A DNA stretch of 64,000 nucleotides. It comes from Marsupella aquatica (taxonomy: Eukaryota; Plantae; Marchantiophyta). A model generated the notes under the pieces. It was given only the letters and a program-made list of their open reading frames with translations. It searched no databases and was not told the DNA's origin. Shown one piece after another: positions 48,131 through 60,959 of this stretch; positions within the stretch are counted from its first letter, which is position 1, and each line of letters begins with the position of its first letter. Both the position numbers and the translations under genes were made by a program. Location: NCBI GenBank assembly GCA_973895155.1, contig OZ316892.1, positions 1,677,223 through 1,741,222 of the forward strand, given 5' to 3'.

Positions 48131-50671
48131 CTAAGCCAAAGCACTGGTGCTGTAAACAAGGAAGGCACCGACGAGTAGAATAGCCCCAAATGTGAGAGCC
48201 CACAATGCCAACCCCGCTTGTCCTGTTGTCAGCCAACCAGAGAAAATCAGAAATTCTCTTCCAATCTGAGTGATGACTTTCACTTTGTTAAAATTATTTC
48301 TAATGTTTGACTCACCTTCAGCCCTCGATCTCAATTTCATACTGAAACTTTGGAACGGCTCCTACGTCTCCTACACGTACTAGCCTCTAATCTAGTCTAG
48401 TTCTAAATAATCAGAGTCAATAAGAAAGACAGTAGTCTAGTCTACTCTAGTCTAAATAATAGAAGGTTCAATAACAAAGATGGTGAGTCCCATTTTCCTC
48501 CCAGACTAGGATATATACGAGCGCTAGACTCCTTGAAGCAGCCGTTAATTCTCGACTTTACATCTCCAAAGAAATATAATGAGTCGGACGAAACGATAAG
48601 TAATCTCGTTACAGTCAAAAACTTAAGCTACCCAGTACTGCTAGACTGGGTCTTTAATTCATTAAGCGAAAAAGAGAGTAGCGATACTAAGCTCGCAGAT
48701 TACGAGACAGTAATCGACAGGATGATAGAGTTATTCTGCATGTACCAAAGCATACCATACCGACCGGTAAGATTGAGAAACAATATAACGACTGACCAAG
48801 TCTCGTCGATCGCTTACCTCCAGAGTAAACATTTCCACTAGTCGACCATTCGTCCTCTGCGTAGATAGGACTGCAAGGGGCAAATGCATGAAAAAGGTGA
48901 GAACTTTCCTTTGGTACCGTACTTAATCTGAAGATGGAATTCCTTCAGACCGCACTTTCTTTCTTACGCGCCGGTTTCCATTTCAAGAACAAACCCGCCT
49001 ACGTGTGATTTATGACATACCGACTCACTTGGAAATGAATCGATTTGGATAAAACTCAATCCGGGCGAGTACACTTACTATTCATGGGACAACCAAAACA
49101 AACGAACACAGGCCACGCAGCTAGAGAAATTTGAAGAAGTAGCCTCCAGGTGTAGCGACCAACCAACCGAAGACCGTTTGAAGAGTTCTACTGCTCGATC
49201 TGTGTATACGTGTACTAGCTACCTGGTTAACAACATCCCAACTATTGTCTACAGCAGGAGACTTGTGTTTCCCCTCACGCTGGAAATTCTTGCCGAATTG
49301 AAGTATCTCGAGTATGATCCGACGACTCGGAACACAATTTCGACTTAATTAACAATCAAGAGTTTACAGAGGGACACCTCTCCATGCAATAGGAGCAATC
49401 TCAAGTACGATGAGCTGTCGTCGACTCGGGAAACCCACGTAGGGAAGAGCAGAAAGGCAAAGGTCCGGAGTTATCGATTGTACCTGTAACCATCCACATT
49501 GGCTCCATACTTCTTCGAGAATTGGTATACCCCCTTTCCCTACAAATCAAACCATTTCACTAGGGTTAGCAAGCGACTTCGTCAAACAAGAAGACACAGA
49601 CGAAGAAAATCAGTCACCACTGATCGACTACCCGAAAACTTTACTCTTCAAGTGTGCTTTTAGTGATGCAATGCATCACTAACTCAATCATGCCATTGCA
49701 ACCCAAATCAACCACGTTTTTCCTACAATTACTTATACACAGTTACGGTATTCATAGCAAATGCTTCTGTCAGTTAACTCCTCCTACGGCTGATCTGTGA
49801 TTCAAGACTGTTAAAGATCGTAAGCCCTGAATCACAAACCACAAATCAGCCGCCGGATATAAAGGTGAAGGGTTTTGTACATCAACTGCACCCCTTTTCA
49901 GACAACATGAACCGACGAGAAAAGTTCAAAAGAGGTAACGGCCCAATCCAGTGTCAAAGCAAATTTCAAGAACTAATGCAAATATTTCCCGACTTTACAG
50001 TGGTTTTTCTCCCTGATGCATCCACACCGCCCCTGAATTTCGCTCCGCCAGAGGGTCCTGCGCATACACGTACAGCAACACATGAGCTCAGGAAGGAATA
50101 GAATTATAAATCTCTGGCGAGTCAAAGTTTGTGTCACAGCTATCGATGACTGTCGATAACTTTCGTTTATTTTCGTATTTGTAAGGACTCAAAACTGACT
50201 AACAGTGATTACATGTCTAACTTTCTGACTAGACAGTACAGAGCTGCATGATCACGGTCCTGAGTAATATATAACCAACAGTTTCCGCCAAAGTTGAAGC
50301 TACAAAATTGGACATTCAGCAAACCCAAACTTGGGCATTCGGATCCAACGCACGACAGACGGTGAAACACATAAATTTCTAGATATGAAGATGTTATTTT
50401 GTTGTTAGTATCCCAATCGCTGGCTACTAAGAAGGTTAATAGCGCCGGAGCTGGATTGGAGCTGAAGCTTACCAAATGGCTCTTTGACGTTCACCTTCTT
50501 GCCACTGGCTTCCACTTTCAACACACCGCGCACGGGCAACGATGGCAGAGCCGCTGGCTTCCAAAGCGACCCAACCCCACCAGAGATCTCCGACCTCTTC
50601 GACGACAGAGCCACCGGCGCAGCTCCTACCGCAGTCGTCGCCCCTGCTGCCACTCCTGCTGTCGCTGCCAT
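48131..50671 (-). CDS. PSBR: Photosystem II 10 kDa polypeptide PsbR precursor; 5 exons, 152 aa
   Basis: Exons 50671-50473, 50057-49999, 49539-49484, 48870-48818 and 48222-48131 (459 nt, GT-AG). A transit peptide is followed by [36 protein letters not shown] and GLALWALT...LVYSTSALA. Confidence 0.96.
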
Positions 50672-50869
50672 GATCGGTTCTTTGTGCACCACCACCACCC
50701 TGCAAGCGATTTCACAAGCTCTCTCTCGATCTACCAGCTGCAGATACTCGGTCAATCAATCGATCAATGAGTCAGTTCCACTCTCCTTCAATCGAAGAGA
50801 GTGACGGCAAATTGTTCGCGGTGATGAAGCTCAATCTTCAAGAGCCCTGATGAGCGACTCGTCTAGTAG

Positions 50870-51170
50870 TATATCAGTATATATAGAGTCCCTACGCTGT
50901 CGTTGATTCGCCCCTATATTTGTGGAAACTGCCTTCAGAGAAACCACGCGTGGGAGGGACAGACCGTGCGTCGCTGGTCACCGCAGGGTACATTGCACCT
51001 GTTTTGTCGAAACGCATGGTATCGCGCGCTGTTTCCGATAATGGTATCGCGCGCTGTTTCCGAAGGCGGGGTAATGCAACGTTTCGTCACGTGAAGGATG
51101 GTGCCATGCAAGCCAATTGGAGCGTGCTACGGTGACGCGCGGTTCGATATTGGACGAAGCCACGTCACCC
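50870..51170 (-). promoter_or_regulatory. PsbR promoter with TATA box, G-box-like elements and a 25-bp tandem duplication
   Basis: TATATATA at 50878-50885, CCACGCGTGG at ~50944, (atggtatcgcgcgctgtttccga)x2 at 51016-51063, CACGTG at ~51088, CCAAT at ~51113 and GCCACGTCA at ~51159. Confidence 0.5.
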
Positions 51171-53781
51171 GCTCACAGATAATATTTTCTATTGCACTAA
51201 ATACTAAATTTTGCGGGTTTTTTCGGGGGAGGAAGGGACCTGAGGGCGCAAGTCCAAATTGTAAATTTAGTCTTACTATTAATGTCTAAGTAACCAAAGA
51301 ACTCTTTCGGTCAACCTGAGACTCTGGACCAATTAATGTCTCCTCTATGTAATTAACTTGTCCTAGTATTTTTTTGTATATTTGGGTATATGATTTTCTA
51401 CTGCGCCCTCAGGTTGGGTCGTCCCTACCTGTCATACACGAATGAGTAGTAGGATGGCACCACTATTAGTTCACTTTGTTGGGTCAATCATTTCATTCCC
51501 TCAATCATTTTAGGCTTGCCTCCTGATAAGGTTACTACTCCCTTGGGTATTTGGGTACACTTCACTCTGTACTGTAGGTTATGAACCTACAGTAGTTTGT
51601 GTGCATGCTTTATAATTAGATCCCTGCAAAATATAACTGCAAAATTCAACTGTGCATGAGTTTGAGTGAACTTTAATACAGCATAACCATAAACCACACC
51701 AAAGGCCTCTCCCCTTGGTCAAAAGAAGACTTGATTTCTACAACTGGGCGGTGTCTCTCCACAATTTTGGGAATATTATGGTCAGTGAGTCCCAGTGCAT
51801 CTTTGAGGCCAATGAGATGTATTTTTTTTTCCCAATATTTGAGACACCCTAGTAACGAACAAACTCCCAAGGGGCAAAGAAAAACTCACATGATAGGATG
51901 GCAACATTTTCCCTAGGGGTGCCCCAAAATCCGGGCGAGTAAACTTGATATAGCTTTGGACCTTGGCTGAAACTCGTTGTGGTGAAGTTATTATTATGTC
52001 CGGCAACATGGAAGTCTCCGACAGAGACCATATTTATCAGATAGGTACATGTCCCAATGACACTGGCTACTGGACTCCTCAATGCAGTACAGTAACCACC
52101 ATATCCCAGATTCATGAATGAGAAGCCGAGGTGATCCGTGTGACCAATGAGCCTCTTTTGGCCCATGTTTGCTACCAGCACTGGAGGCCCCACTCCAGGC
52201 CACTTCCAGAGCACGGTACATCGTCCTCTCGAAAAATGACATCATCTTGCACTTTTTTGACTTCGCCTTTTCAGTTTGTTGGCTCGATTTTCCAAACTTT
52301 CCATTAATTAAGATGGGAAACAGTGCTTTGTGAATTGCTGTCCTCTACCGGAGAGAAAATGGTTCACGAGGATGAACACGAATCCTTCCAGACTTTCCGA
52401 GCTTTATTATTCCGGTTCGGCAGCAGAGCTTTGTGAATTGACGTCATTTAGCGTAGAGAGAAAATCGGTTTACGAAGCTGAACAAGTATCAAGTAGATCT
52501 ATTCAGGAGAGATCAATAGTACGTTCCAACGCTTCTGGAAAATCAATTGTTTGCGGGATTGGTTTAATTTAGACCAATTGGAACTTACAGGAGTGAGAAT
52601 AGCGCAGTCCAGTTGTAAGATCTTCCACCGGCAATTGTTTGCCTTCATGTATGCCTGCAGTCTATGTATTCCAATTACCCTTTGACAAACACGGTAAGCA
52701 TGACCAATGGACACCAAGGTGCTTACCATGTTCAATCTTGTTTCAAACATGACTTGCGTAATTCTTATTTTTACACAACAATGCTCGATGATTCTCTCTC
52801 GAATTCTCGAATCGTTCCCCGTCATCCTCCATCAGCAGTTTGGGTTATGCAGACTGTTTCCCGTGCTTTCAACTCGGGTTCTCTATTTGGTCAACACATC
52901 GCAAATGCAACAAACCCAGGACCCTATGGGAGATTCTCTTCGCAGGTAGTCAAAGGCTATCATCCATGGGGTTGGAAACACTCCAGCCAAGGGGTATACA
53001 ACGGTCACAGACACCGTCATTCAAAGACTTCAGTAGTTATGACCCCGCCTGTGACGTGCGAACAAACGCATCCATACTCCCTAATTGCAATAAGCAGGTC
53101 TCGACTCTACAGACTGGCCACATGAACACGAACGCATAGACTAGACATCGGAGGGGCTGGGTACCATGCACTAACCAGGAATGCTGTCCTCGAGAAATCA
53201 GTAAAACAGCCCCTAGAGCTCATTTCTGTGTCTTTTGATAGTCGACTCGGTAAAACAACCCCTAGAGCTCATTACTGTGTCTGTTGATAGTCGACTCAGC
53301 GTACCTTTCCAATCAGTGTGGGTGTCATTTGACTACATATCAAGAGCTGTTAGGGGGAAGTGGGTCAATAACTGGGGAGTTTACCAGCACCGTCAACGCC
53401 CTGTAAGACTTCTCACGGCCCTCTGACTACAACGTACAATGAGACGTGACACCAGCATAGAAAATAACAACTCATGAGGACCGTTCACCCCAATTGCCAA
53501 TTTGATTCGATGACTTGGAGCCTCCCAAGACCGGGAGAGGAGCTCCAAAGACTCTGCTTTCTGGATTTTATTGGATGAGCACCCACTCCAAAGAAGGAAT
53601 GAGGACTGATAGTCATTACTAGACTAAGTGTCAGCACAACCTCTGGGCTGCTCGCTGTGCTTTCTCAAAGTGGATAAATAATCATCTCAGAATGACCTCG
53701 AAGTGGGTCAATAATAATCTCAGAATGACCTCAAAGTGGGTCATTGATAATCTCAGAATGACTGATTACGTGATCTAGAGA

Positions 53782-56700
53782 CTACAAAATGTGGACTGGA
53801 ATTGCCATGGAGAGCACTTCCATGTCATGTACGACCCAAGTAGAAGAGTCGAGCCGTTGAATCGGCAGCAGTCGTGATTGAGCATAGTTCTTGTTCTGAT
53901 GCTTCGTCGCTATAGGGCTTTTTGGAGAGCTCCGATGTGCTTTCAAAGCTGCAAGCAAGCAACCTGCAGCAGGCATCTGTTTGCTCTGTGCAAGTCCGGA
54001 CCTGGGAAGTCTAGAGCAATGCGAGAGTCTCACGAAAGAAATTCTGGGGTTCTTTGGGGTGACAAGTTGCTGTCTTCTTCCGACCTTGGCGGTCGTATCA
54101 GGAGAGTTACTGAGTTCCTTTGCAATCTTCTGCAAACTGGAAACAGATTCACCTTCAGTGTTCTGTCCAACAATTGCGTCAACCTTTTGAAGAGCCCCAA
54201 ATTTTGCGGACCAAGCCCTTCGAGCAGAGCTTATGGATGACTCCACAATCTGCTTCATTGCCATCTGCACAGAAAGTTAGAGAGTTTTCTGTTAAAATGC
54301 AATCCAGGCTCCCATTCAGTCGTACCTATCCGCTTTTCAAGCTAACGACGTAGCACTTGCAGTGTTTTCACAAAACGAATGTGATAGCTTAAAGCATACA
54401 CCTTACTGGCAACGTGAACCTACGTTGTGGTATGAAGCCTTGTGACATGATAAAATCTAAAAGCTTAGCACCTCGTTGTCTCCTAGGTGACTACATGACG
54501 GAAAATAATGAAATTGCCAGAGGATGGGAGTCTCTCTCCAAAGTTACCCTGTTAATTCGTAAGCTAATGGAGAAAAACACGATCTAGGTATAACATGATA
54601 CGGCTCTTAAATGCACGAGACATGACAACATCCAAGAGAAACCCCAGAACCTGCAGAACGTTCTTACCTGTGGCACCAAACTCAAGGAGGCGAAGATGGA
54701 TGGGAAGGATGGGCGGTTTGAGGCTTCGACGGGTAGATTGTCATTATTCTGCTGTTCGGGGACCACCATTGCAACCTTGCCAAAACTTCGAGGTTTTTTC
54801 TCGTCCTCGTCGTCGTCATCGTCGTCGTCATCATCACCCTCATCATCGTCATTACTTTCACTACTGTCCTTCCCATCACTGCCTTTTCCTTCATCCGCAG
54901 AGAAGTCATTGTCTTCCTCTATACCGTCAAGTGAAATCGAGCTTTTCTTAGGGAAGTCATTATCTTCCTCTGTATCCTCAAGTGAGCTCGAACTTTGCTC
55001 ACGCTTAGTCTCTGCATGGGACACGTCCTTCGTCTCCACTCTGGCCTCTGGAGAGATCTCTTCATCCGCGTCTTGACCATCCTCGCCAACAGCTTCCAGC
55101 TCTGCCCTGAACCTCTCCCTCCTTAGGTGATCATCTAGTTGTTTCTCCAGGTCTTTTATGTACAGGTCTGTCTCAAGTTCCTTAATTTTTTCCTCCGACT
55201 TCCGCTTCATGTCCTCAATTTTGGCTTTGAACTTCTCCTTCCTCTCCTTTTTCTTGTCCTCCCGTTCTAATTTTTTTCGCTCCTCGAGTGAAAGTCCTCT
55301 CCTGCTTTCATCCAATACATTTCCTTCTTCATCCACTATCCCCATGAATTCGTCAAAACCTAAAGGCAATGGAATGACCTTTTCTGGCCTGACTTCGCCA
55401 TCTTCCTCGAAAGGCTGTAAGAAAAACCGCAGATTGCCATCAGGATCTTCAGCCCAGTTGATCAAATTCCCGGTAGGAGTGTGCAGCAAAATATCTCCCT
55501 CAACTTCAGGATTCAGATTTTCTGGATGCTGACGCATCGGATTTGAGTCCCTGTTGCTGAGGACAATAAACTCATCATCTGGAATCACAAAAAGCAAACT
55601 CGTCACATGAGAATGCACATGATACCTTCTACTCTTACATTCACACTTACAAGATGGAGACCCACACAAAACTGGACATGAAATGCACCAGCCAGTCAGC
55701 GCATGACATACACAACAAATACAAACGAGTACGCCAGGCAGAAATGGTAACCCACCACATTTGCGCGAAACAATAGATCTACCATGATCTACTGTACGAT
55801 TCAAATGAGGATGTTCTTATCTCCGTAGCCCAGGAGGGATTGGGCATACCTTTGGCCCACTGATACTCAAGCTCAGGAGGCATAGGAATTCTGAATGGTG
55901 ACTTGATGAATGAGTTCAACCACATCTCCCGCTCTTCATCTACTTCCTCGACGTATCTCTCCCACTCTTCAGGCACCTACAAAATTTGTAAGTAAAAAGA
56001 AACGCTCGCTTGAAAATTGGATATAAATGGAACGACAGTTTGAACAAACTATCTGCTGGAGCAAAGCAACAGAAGGGACACTCATGGCAGAGAATAGGTA
56101 AACAGCACTAGTCAAAGAGAAGCTGCAAGCGTTCCCATCAACTGAGAAGTCCTCAACGTTGTTGGGCACGTGTCAGGTCGCATATCTACCTTATAAAAGG
56201 CATTGATGAAACCGGGGGCCATCCATAAATCCTCCTCTTCATACATGTATGGATGTGAAGGGTCTGTGTATGGACCTTTGGCTTCTCTCACCACTGAAGT
56301 GCAAAGCAATCCATCATGTGCTGAAATGAGTCGCTGTATACATACAAATTCGAGTGCTTGCACACATGCTAAATATCACCCGCATGCATTGGAATCTATT
56401 AAGCATGCTTTACTAGTCAATTTTTCTTCATCGATCGAGAAGGACTACTCAACTCTTCTCGCCAAATCTACAAGATGACCAGTTTGATCAGATCAAGAGA
56501 CATACTTCCATCAGGTTTGTTGATAAACATCCTTGCCTTGGCAGCGGCAATTTCGGCAAGCCCAGAATGAATCTACAAATCCACATAGCACAAGCAAATC
56601 TACCAGCATCAGTCACTGACGTAAGTTCCGGGGAAATTCCTGACGACGACTACTATGAATCATAAATCAGAAACTTTGCAGTATAAGATACATGCAGAAA

Positions 56701-59548
56701 CTCCTTTAGAGCAAAGAAAACACACAGAAAATCTTCTAGGAGCCACATGCAGTTCACGGATTGGAGTTATAGTCCTACTTGTAAAATCGTATATGACAAA
56801 ACTAACCAGAGCAGGATGTCTTAGAGCAGGAAACTTACAGCTACTTGATGCTCATCGCAGTCGCCTTTCTCTGGTAACAACTCTCCAAAATAGAATTGAC
56901 CCTACAATGAGAAGACAGAAACACCTCAGAACATACCAAGCTCACTCGTCAGGCACTTGGCCCATTGAATGTCGTGAACGGGGGAACCCAGAAAGCGTGC
57001 ACCAGAAACATGTGATGAAAGCTCTTACTCGGAAGCAAAACCTAAACAGGTTAGAGCAAAATGTAAAAGATCAGTTTATTAGGGCTGAAGCTATCAGTTG
57101 CTGAGGTTGTAGCATTGACCACAACAGAACGACCAGCTAGCTTCACCGAGCAGGCTTTGATTGAGAAACATTCAAATTACAAGGTCAGCACGAAATACCC
57201 TAGTTGCAGCCGCAGTCTGGCTTTAGAATTCTTTACTGAGATTGAATGTCGATGACTGCAAAGGGCTATAACGGTGTTACGAAACTCGAGAACTTACATA
57301 AAGTTGTCTACCATTGACCTCATACAAGCCACATCCGTGCATCCTGCTGTGCTTCCATTGCCCAGCATACCTATAATGGCCCTTCTCTCTGTACGCGAAA
57401 GAGTTGTGTCAATTCTTCGTGCGATCGCTTGCTTAAATCGTTACCAGAACACACATTTGAGTAACGAATCTCTTGTCAAGCATAATCTGTTGACTCAATT
57501 TTTCTCCACCCATTGCAATTTCATAATTTTATCCCAACCAACAACTGATTCATAGAAAAATTCGCATGAACATGATCTCGAATTGCACATGCTCTTCGAG
57601 CAGAAAATAAACTTACGGTTTTTCTCCGTATTTCTTCACCCAGAACTCATCATCTTCCCAAGGATTGGGATCGATTGTAATGTCACCCATTTCTTCTTTA
57701 TCTTCGACGTCCATTTTGATCCACTCCTTATCGTCATCGTCCAAGAAGTCCACATTCAGTAGTTTACCCTGAGCGCGCAACTTCTTGGCCGCCCTGGAAT
57801 GGTCAAACAAGATATATAATGTAAGAGCAGATCAGTATTTAAATCTATTCCTGAGTCCGTGCCACAGCTGGTACATAACATTAGTGGACAAGGCAAATAC
57901 AGCTGACAAATCGTTCACAGATTTCAATGTTTCTGCGCTTGATGAGATTGATGAGATCGAAGCCTTACTCAGAATCTGGGGGAGGTTCATATACAGGTAA
58001 GTCTGCATCCAATACTCCATGTCCCTCCATTGCATTTTGAAACCATTCACCTTCATACCTGAAGGCAGGCCACCCGAAATCAGTCACCAAATTCTTATGA
58101 ATACAAAAACAGTCACCAAACAGAAAGAATGTAGAAACGGGACATCAGAGGGAAAGGTCCTTGCCTGCAGAGCTCTAGAGCCGTTATGTAGACACCTTTT
58201 CCGTGGGCAAGATCATCAAATACTGTGCCTTCGTATCTGCAAAAATCAAGGAGTGACAACCATGGAAGGAACACGCACTGTTTCATTCAATACGAGATGC
58301 CTTCTTATGAAGATTAGCAAATCGAACGACAGTAGTTAACACTAGATGTTTACGTCATGCACTCTATGTTCATGGACTCGATACCATTAACCTAGAGAGG
58401 AATCCAATCGACGGTTTGAAATAAACTGAAATATGAGTAAACTCCAGCCCGATGATGAAGCGACCTTGCTCATTCATTGTCTCCTAACCCTCTAGTTTTT
58501 TCATCTTATTTCTATATTCTATTCTGAATGACCGGGAAAGTGGTCCGCGGATCGATTTGAATGGCCCTGTCAGGTGATGGCCCCAGCGGACTATGGCCTG
58601 AACCTTGAAAACTAAACAATAGTCCTTCATTCTGATTACTTCATGAAAATATACGTGTCTTTCCCACCCTACATGCCTTTTGGTACTGGTTCCACATTGC
58701 ATGTCCCATGGCAAATTTAGGTCCCAGTCTCCAACTGTATTCGTTCGGTCCCTCACAGATGATTTCACTCGTTCATTCTCCTCAAAGGTTAAGGTCTGCT
58801 GCAACTAACAGACCTCTAAACTTCATAACGTTAGATTTTACATCCACAGTCCAGCAAGATAATTTGGTACTTACGAGGAGCCATCTTTGAAAATGTAGCT
58901 GACCCACGTCAAAAACTCCTCGTATCTGTCCAGCTCCTCCACTACATCCTGGGGCGTTTGAATATCTGGATGGTCTTCAGGAATGAGGGGATAGTGTTTC
59001 CGATAGGGGACATACCAAGGCCTCAAAGGTGGGCCCTCTCCTTCCTGCCATTGTTTCTCAATCTCGTCCCAATCATCAACCAGATCAGGATCGAACCCGG
59101 TCTTTTCATCCCCACCCCATGCCTCCGCCCACTCCTCTCCAATATCCTCCTCCTCCCAGTTATCGTTATCGGGGGGGAAGTTCCACAACTCCTCTTCCTC
59201 CAACACCTCCTCGTCATCACTGGCTTCCTCTTCTGCCATCCTCTTCTCTCTCCTCTCTCTAAGAGCCTCCCTCCTCGCTTTGGCGAATTCTTCACCAACC
59301 TCCCCTTCTGCAATCTCCGGGTCGTCATCCTCATCATCCTCGTCGTAGTCCTCGTCCGACTTCTGGGCGTCGTCCCCATCCCAATTGATTTGTAAGCTGC
59401 CCTTGGAATCGTCCTTCTCTACATCCGGCACCTTTCCTTTAAAATTAGGGATCGTTGTGCTCTTCTCCTTTTGAGACCTCGTACCAGACTCACCGATCTC
59501 CTCGTCTTCAACGTCCAATCCAGGGACATCATCGTCGGAGTCTGCCAT
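53782..59548 (-). CDS. TIC100: TIC100/EMB1211, MORN-repeat chloroplast inner-envelope translocon component; 11 exons, 952 aa
   Basis: Exons 59548-58875, 58236-58165, 58058-57969, 57793-57617, 57388-57298, 56901-56839, 56572-56506, 56293-56190, 55976-55850, 55578-54668 and 54264-53782 (2859 nt, phases consistent). Motifs: YVPYRK, WVSYIFKDGSSYEGTVFDDLAHGKGVY, YEGEWFQNAMEGHG, YAGQWKHSRMHGCG, AAAKARMFINKPDG, WMAPGFIN. Confidence 0.92.
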
Positions 59549-60489
59549 TGCTCCTGAGATTTTTGCCGGGATGAACTTTCCCCAGTCACAATTGATAAGC
59601 GGCTAAACGGGTCACATAGAGAAGCGAGGAGAACAGAAGAGAAGAGCAGAGAAGACGAGATTACGCTATCGTCAACCTTCACTACCGGCTATGGTAGAAA
59701 ACAAGCTTCAACTCCTCCGTCGGTGCATGCATTCAGATGCAGCAGCACCACTCCACTGAAACGAAACCCAAAACCCTGAAGGAGAGAAAACGCGAGACCA
59801 GCTTCTCAGTCTTCCTCTTGGTGGAATCTCTGCTATCCCTGCTCCTGCATGGCGCTCAATCCACTTCCCTCTTCTGCTCCTCGCGCAATCTCTTCCTCAC
59901 CTCTTCGATCACATCTGGATATCCCCCATTGAGGGTTTAGGCAGCGCTCTCGCTAAACCCCTATCCACCTTTCGAGTTACGGACTGCAGTAAAACTCATG
60001 GAACTCGCCGGCTAACTCCCCTTGGCACCAGAGATCACGAGGTCGAAACTCGGAACCTCCTCATTGCTGAACTTCATCCACGTTCATTCTCCAGTCCCTT
60101 CCTACGAACTTTCATTCATTAATTCTTCAAACACGTGTCTATATAATCTAAATTTTCTTAAAGATAACTTCACACTCAACTGTAGGAACGATACGATGAC
60201 ATCGGCAAAAGCTGAAATGAGTAAATCCCACGATCTTTTCACTCTTACCAATGCTTCACCCTTTTATCCAAATAAACAGACTTTTACATATTGCAAATTC
60301 CCACCAAGTTTGTGAGGCTCGCATTGATAGTATTTATTTAGTTACACTAAGGGGGGCTTTCCAAGAACAAGAGGACAAACATTGAGGGGTCGCTGTTAAA
60401 CCATACCTGATCCACAGGTCCATTTAGGCTTCCAGAAAAGGTGACCAAGTAATGCATTTGATATTCTACTGACACTATGAGAAGACACG

Positions 60490-60760
60490 GAGCTTTCGAA
60501 ACATAACTTCAAGACTAGGCCACCTCTTGAAGTAATATTTTGCTCCAGTGTTATCCAAAATGTTTTACATGGACATGCTAGTTGACCACCTCTAGAAGTG
60601 ATATTTTGAACATTGATGACATGGAAGTGATATTTTATCGATAATGTAAACTGGAGGTAGCTGAAGAGATAATAATGTTTTACATGGACAATGTAGTTGA
60701 CCATCTCTTGAACGACCATGCACCTCTTGAAGTGATATGACATGGACAATGTAAACATTT
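60490..60760. repeat. Degenerate short tandem repeats
   Basis: Recurring cacctcttgaagtgatatttt and tgttttacatggaca...tagttgacca blocks. Confidence 0.55.
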
Positions 60761-60959
60761 TGGAGGAACCACTGTAGTCCTTCTTGTGGGTCCTGAGGCT
60801 GGGGTTTCTTGTCGGGTTACTTTTGGTGTTCTTTCAGTATTGGATGCTTTTCCCACGATGTTTAGGGTTTGAGCCAGCCCACTAGTGAAATCAGTGAAAC
60901 CTAGACCACCAAGTATGACCAATTGCCACCCAAGAGTTAAAATAGAACATAATTGTTTG

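Noticed and set aside
53190-53760. 48-bp and 33-bp tandem duplications downstream of TIC100
   Set aside because: These are ordinary local slippage duplications with no evident function.
54595-55532. Ser-rich + strand ORFs (also 58958-59395)
   Set aside because: They are antisense shadows of the acidic TIC100 exons.
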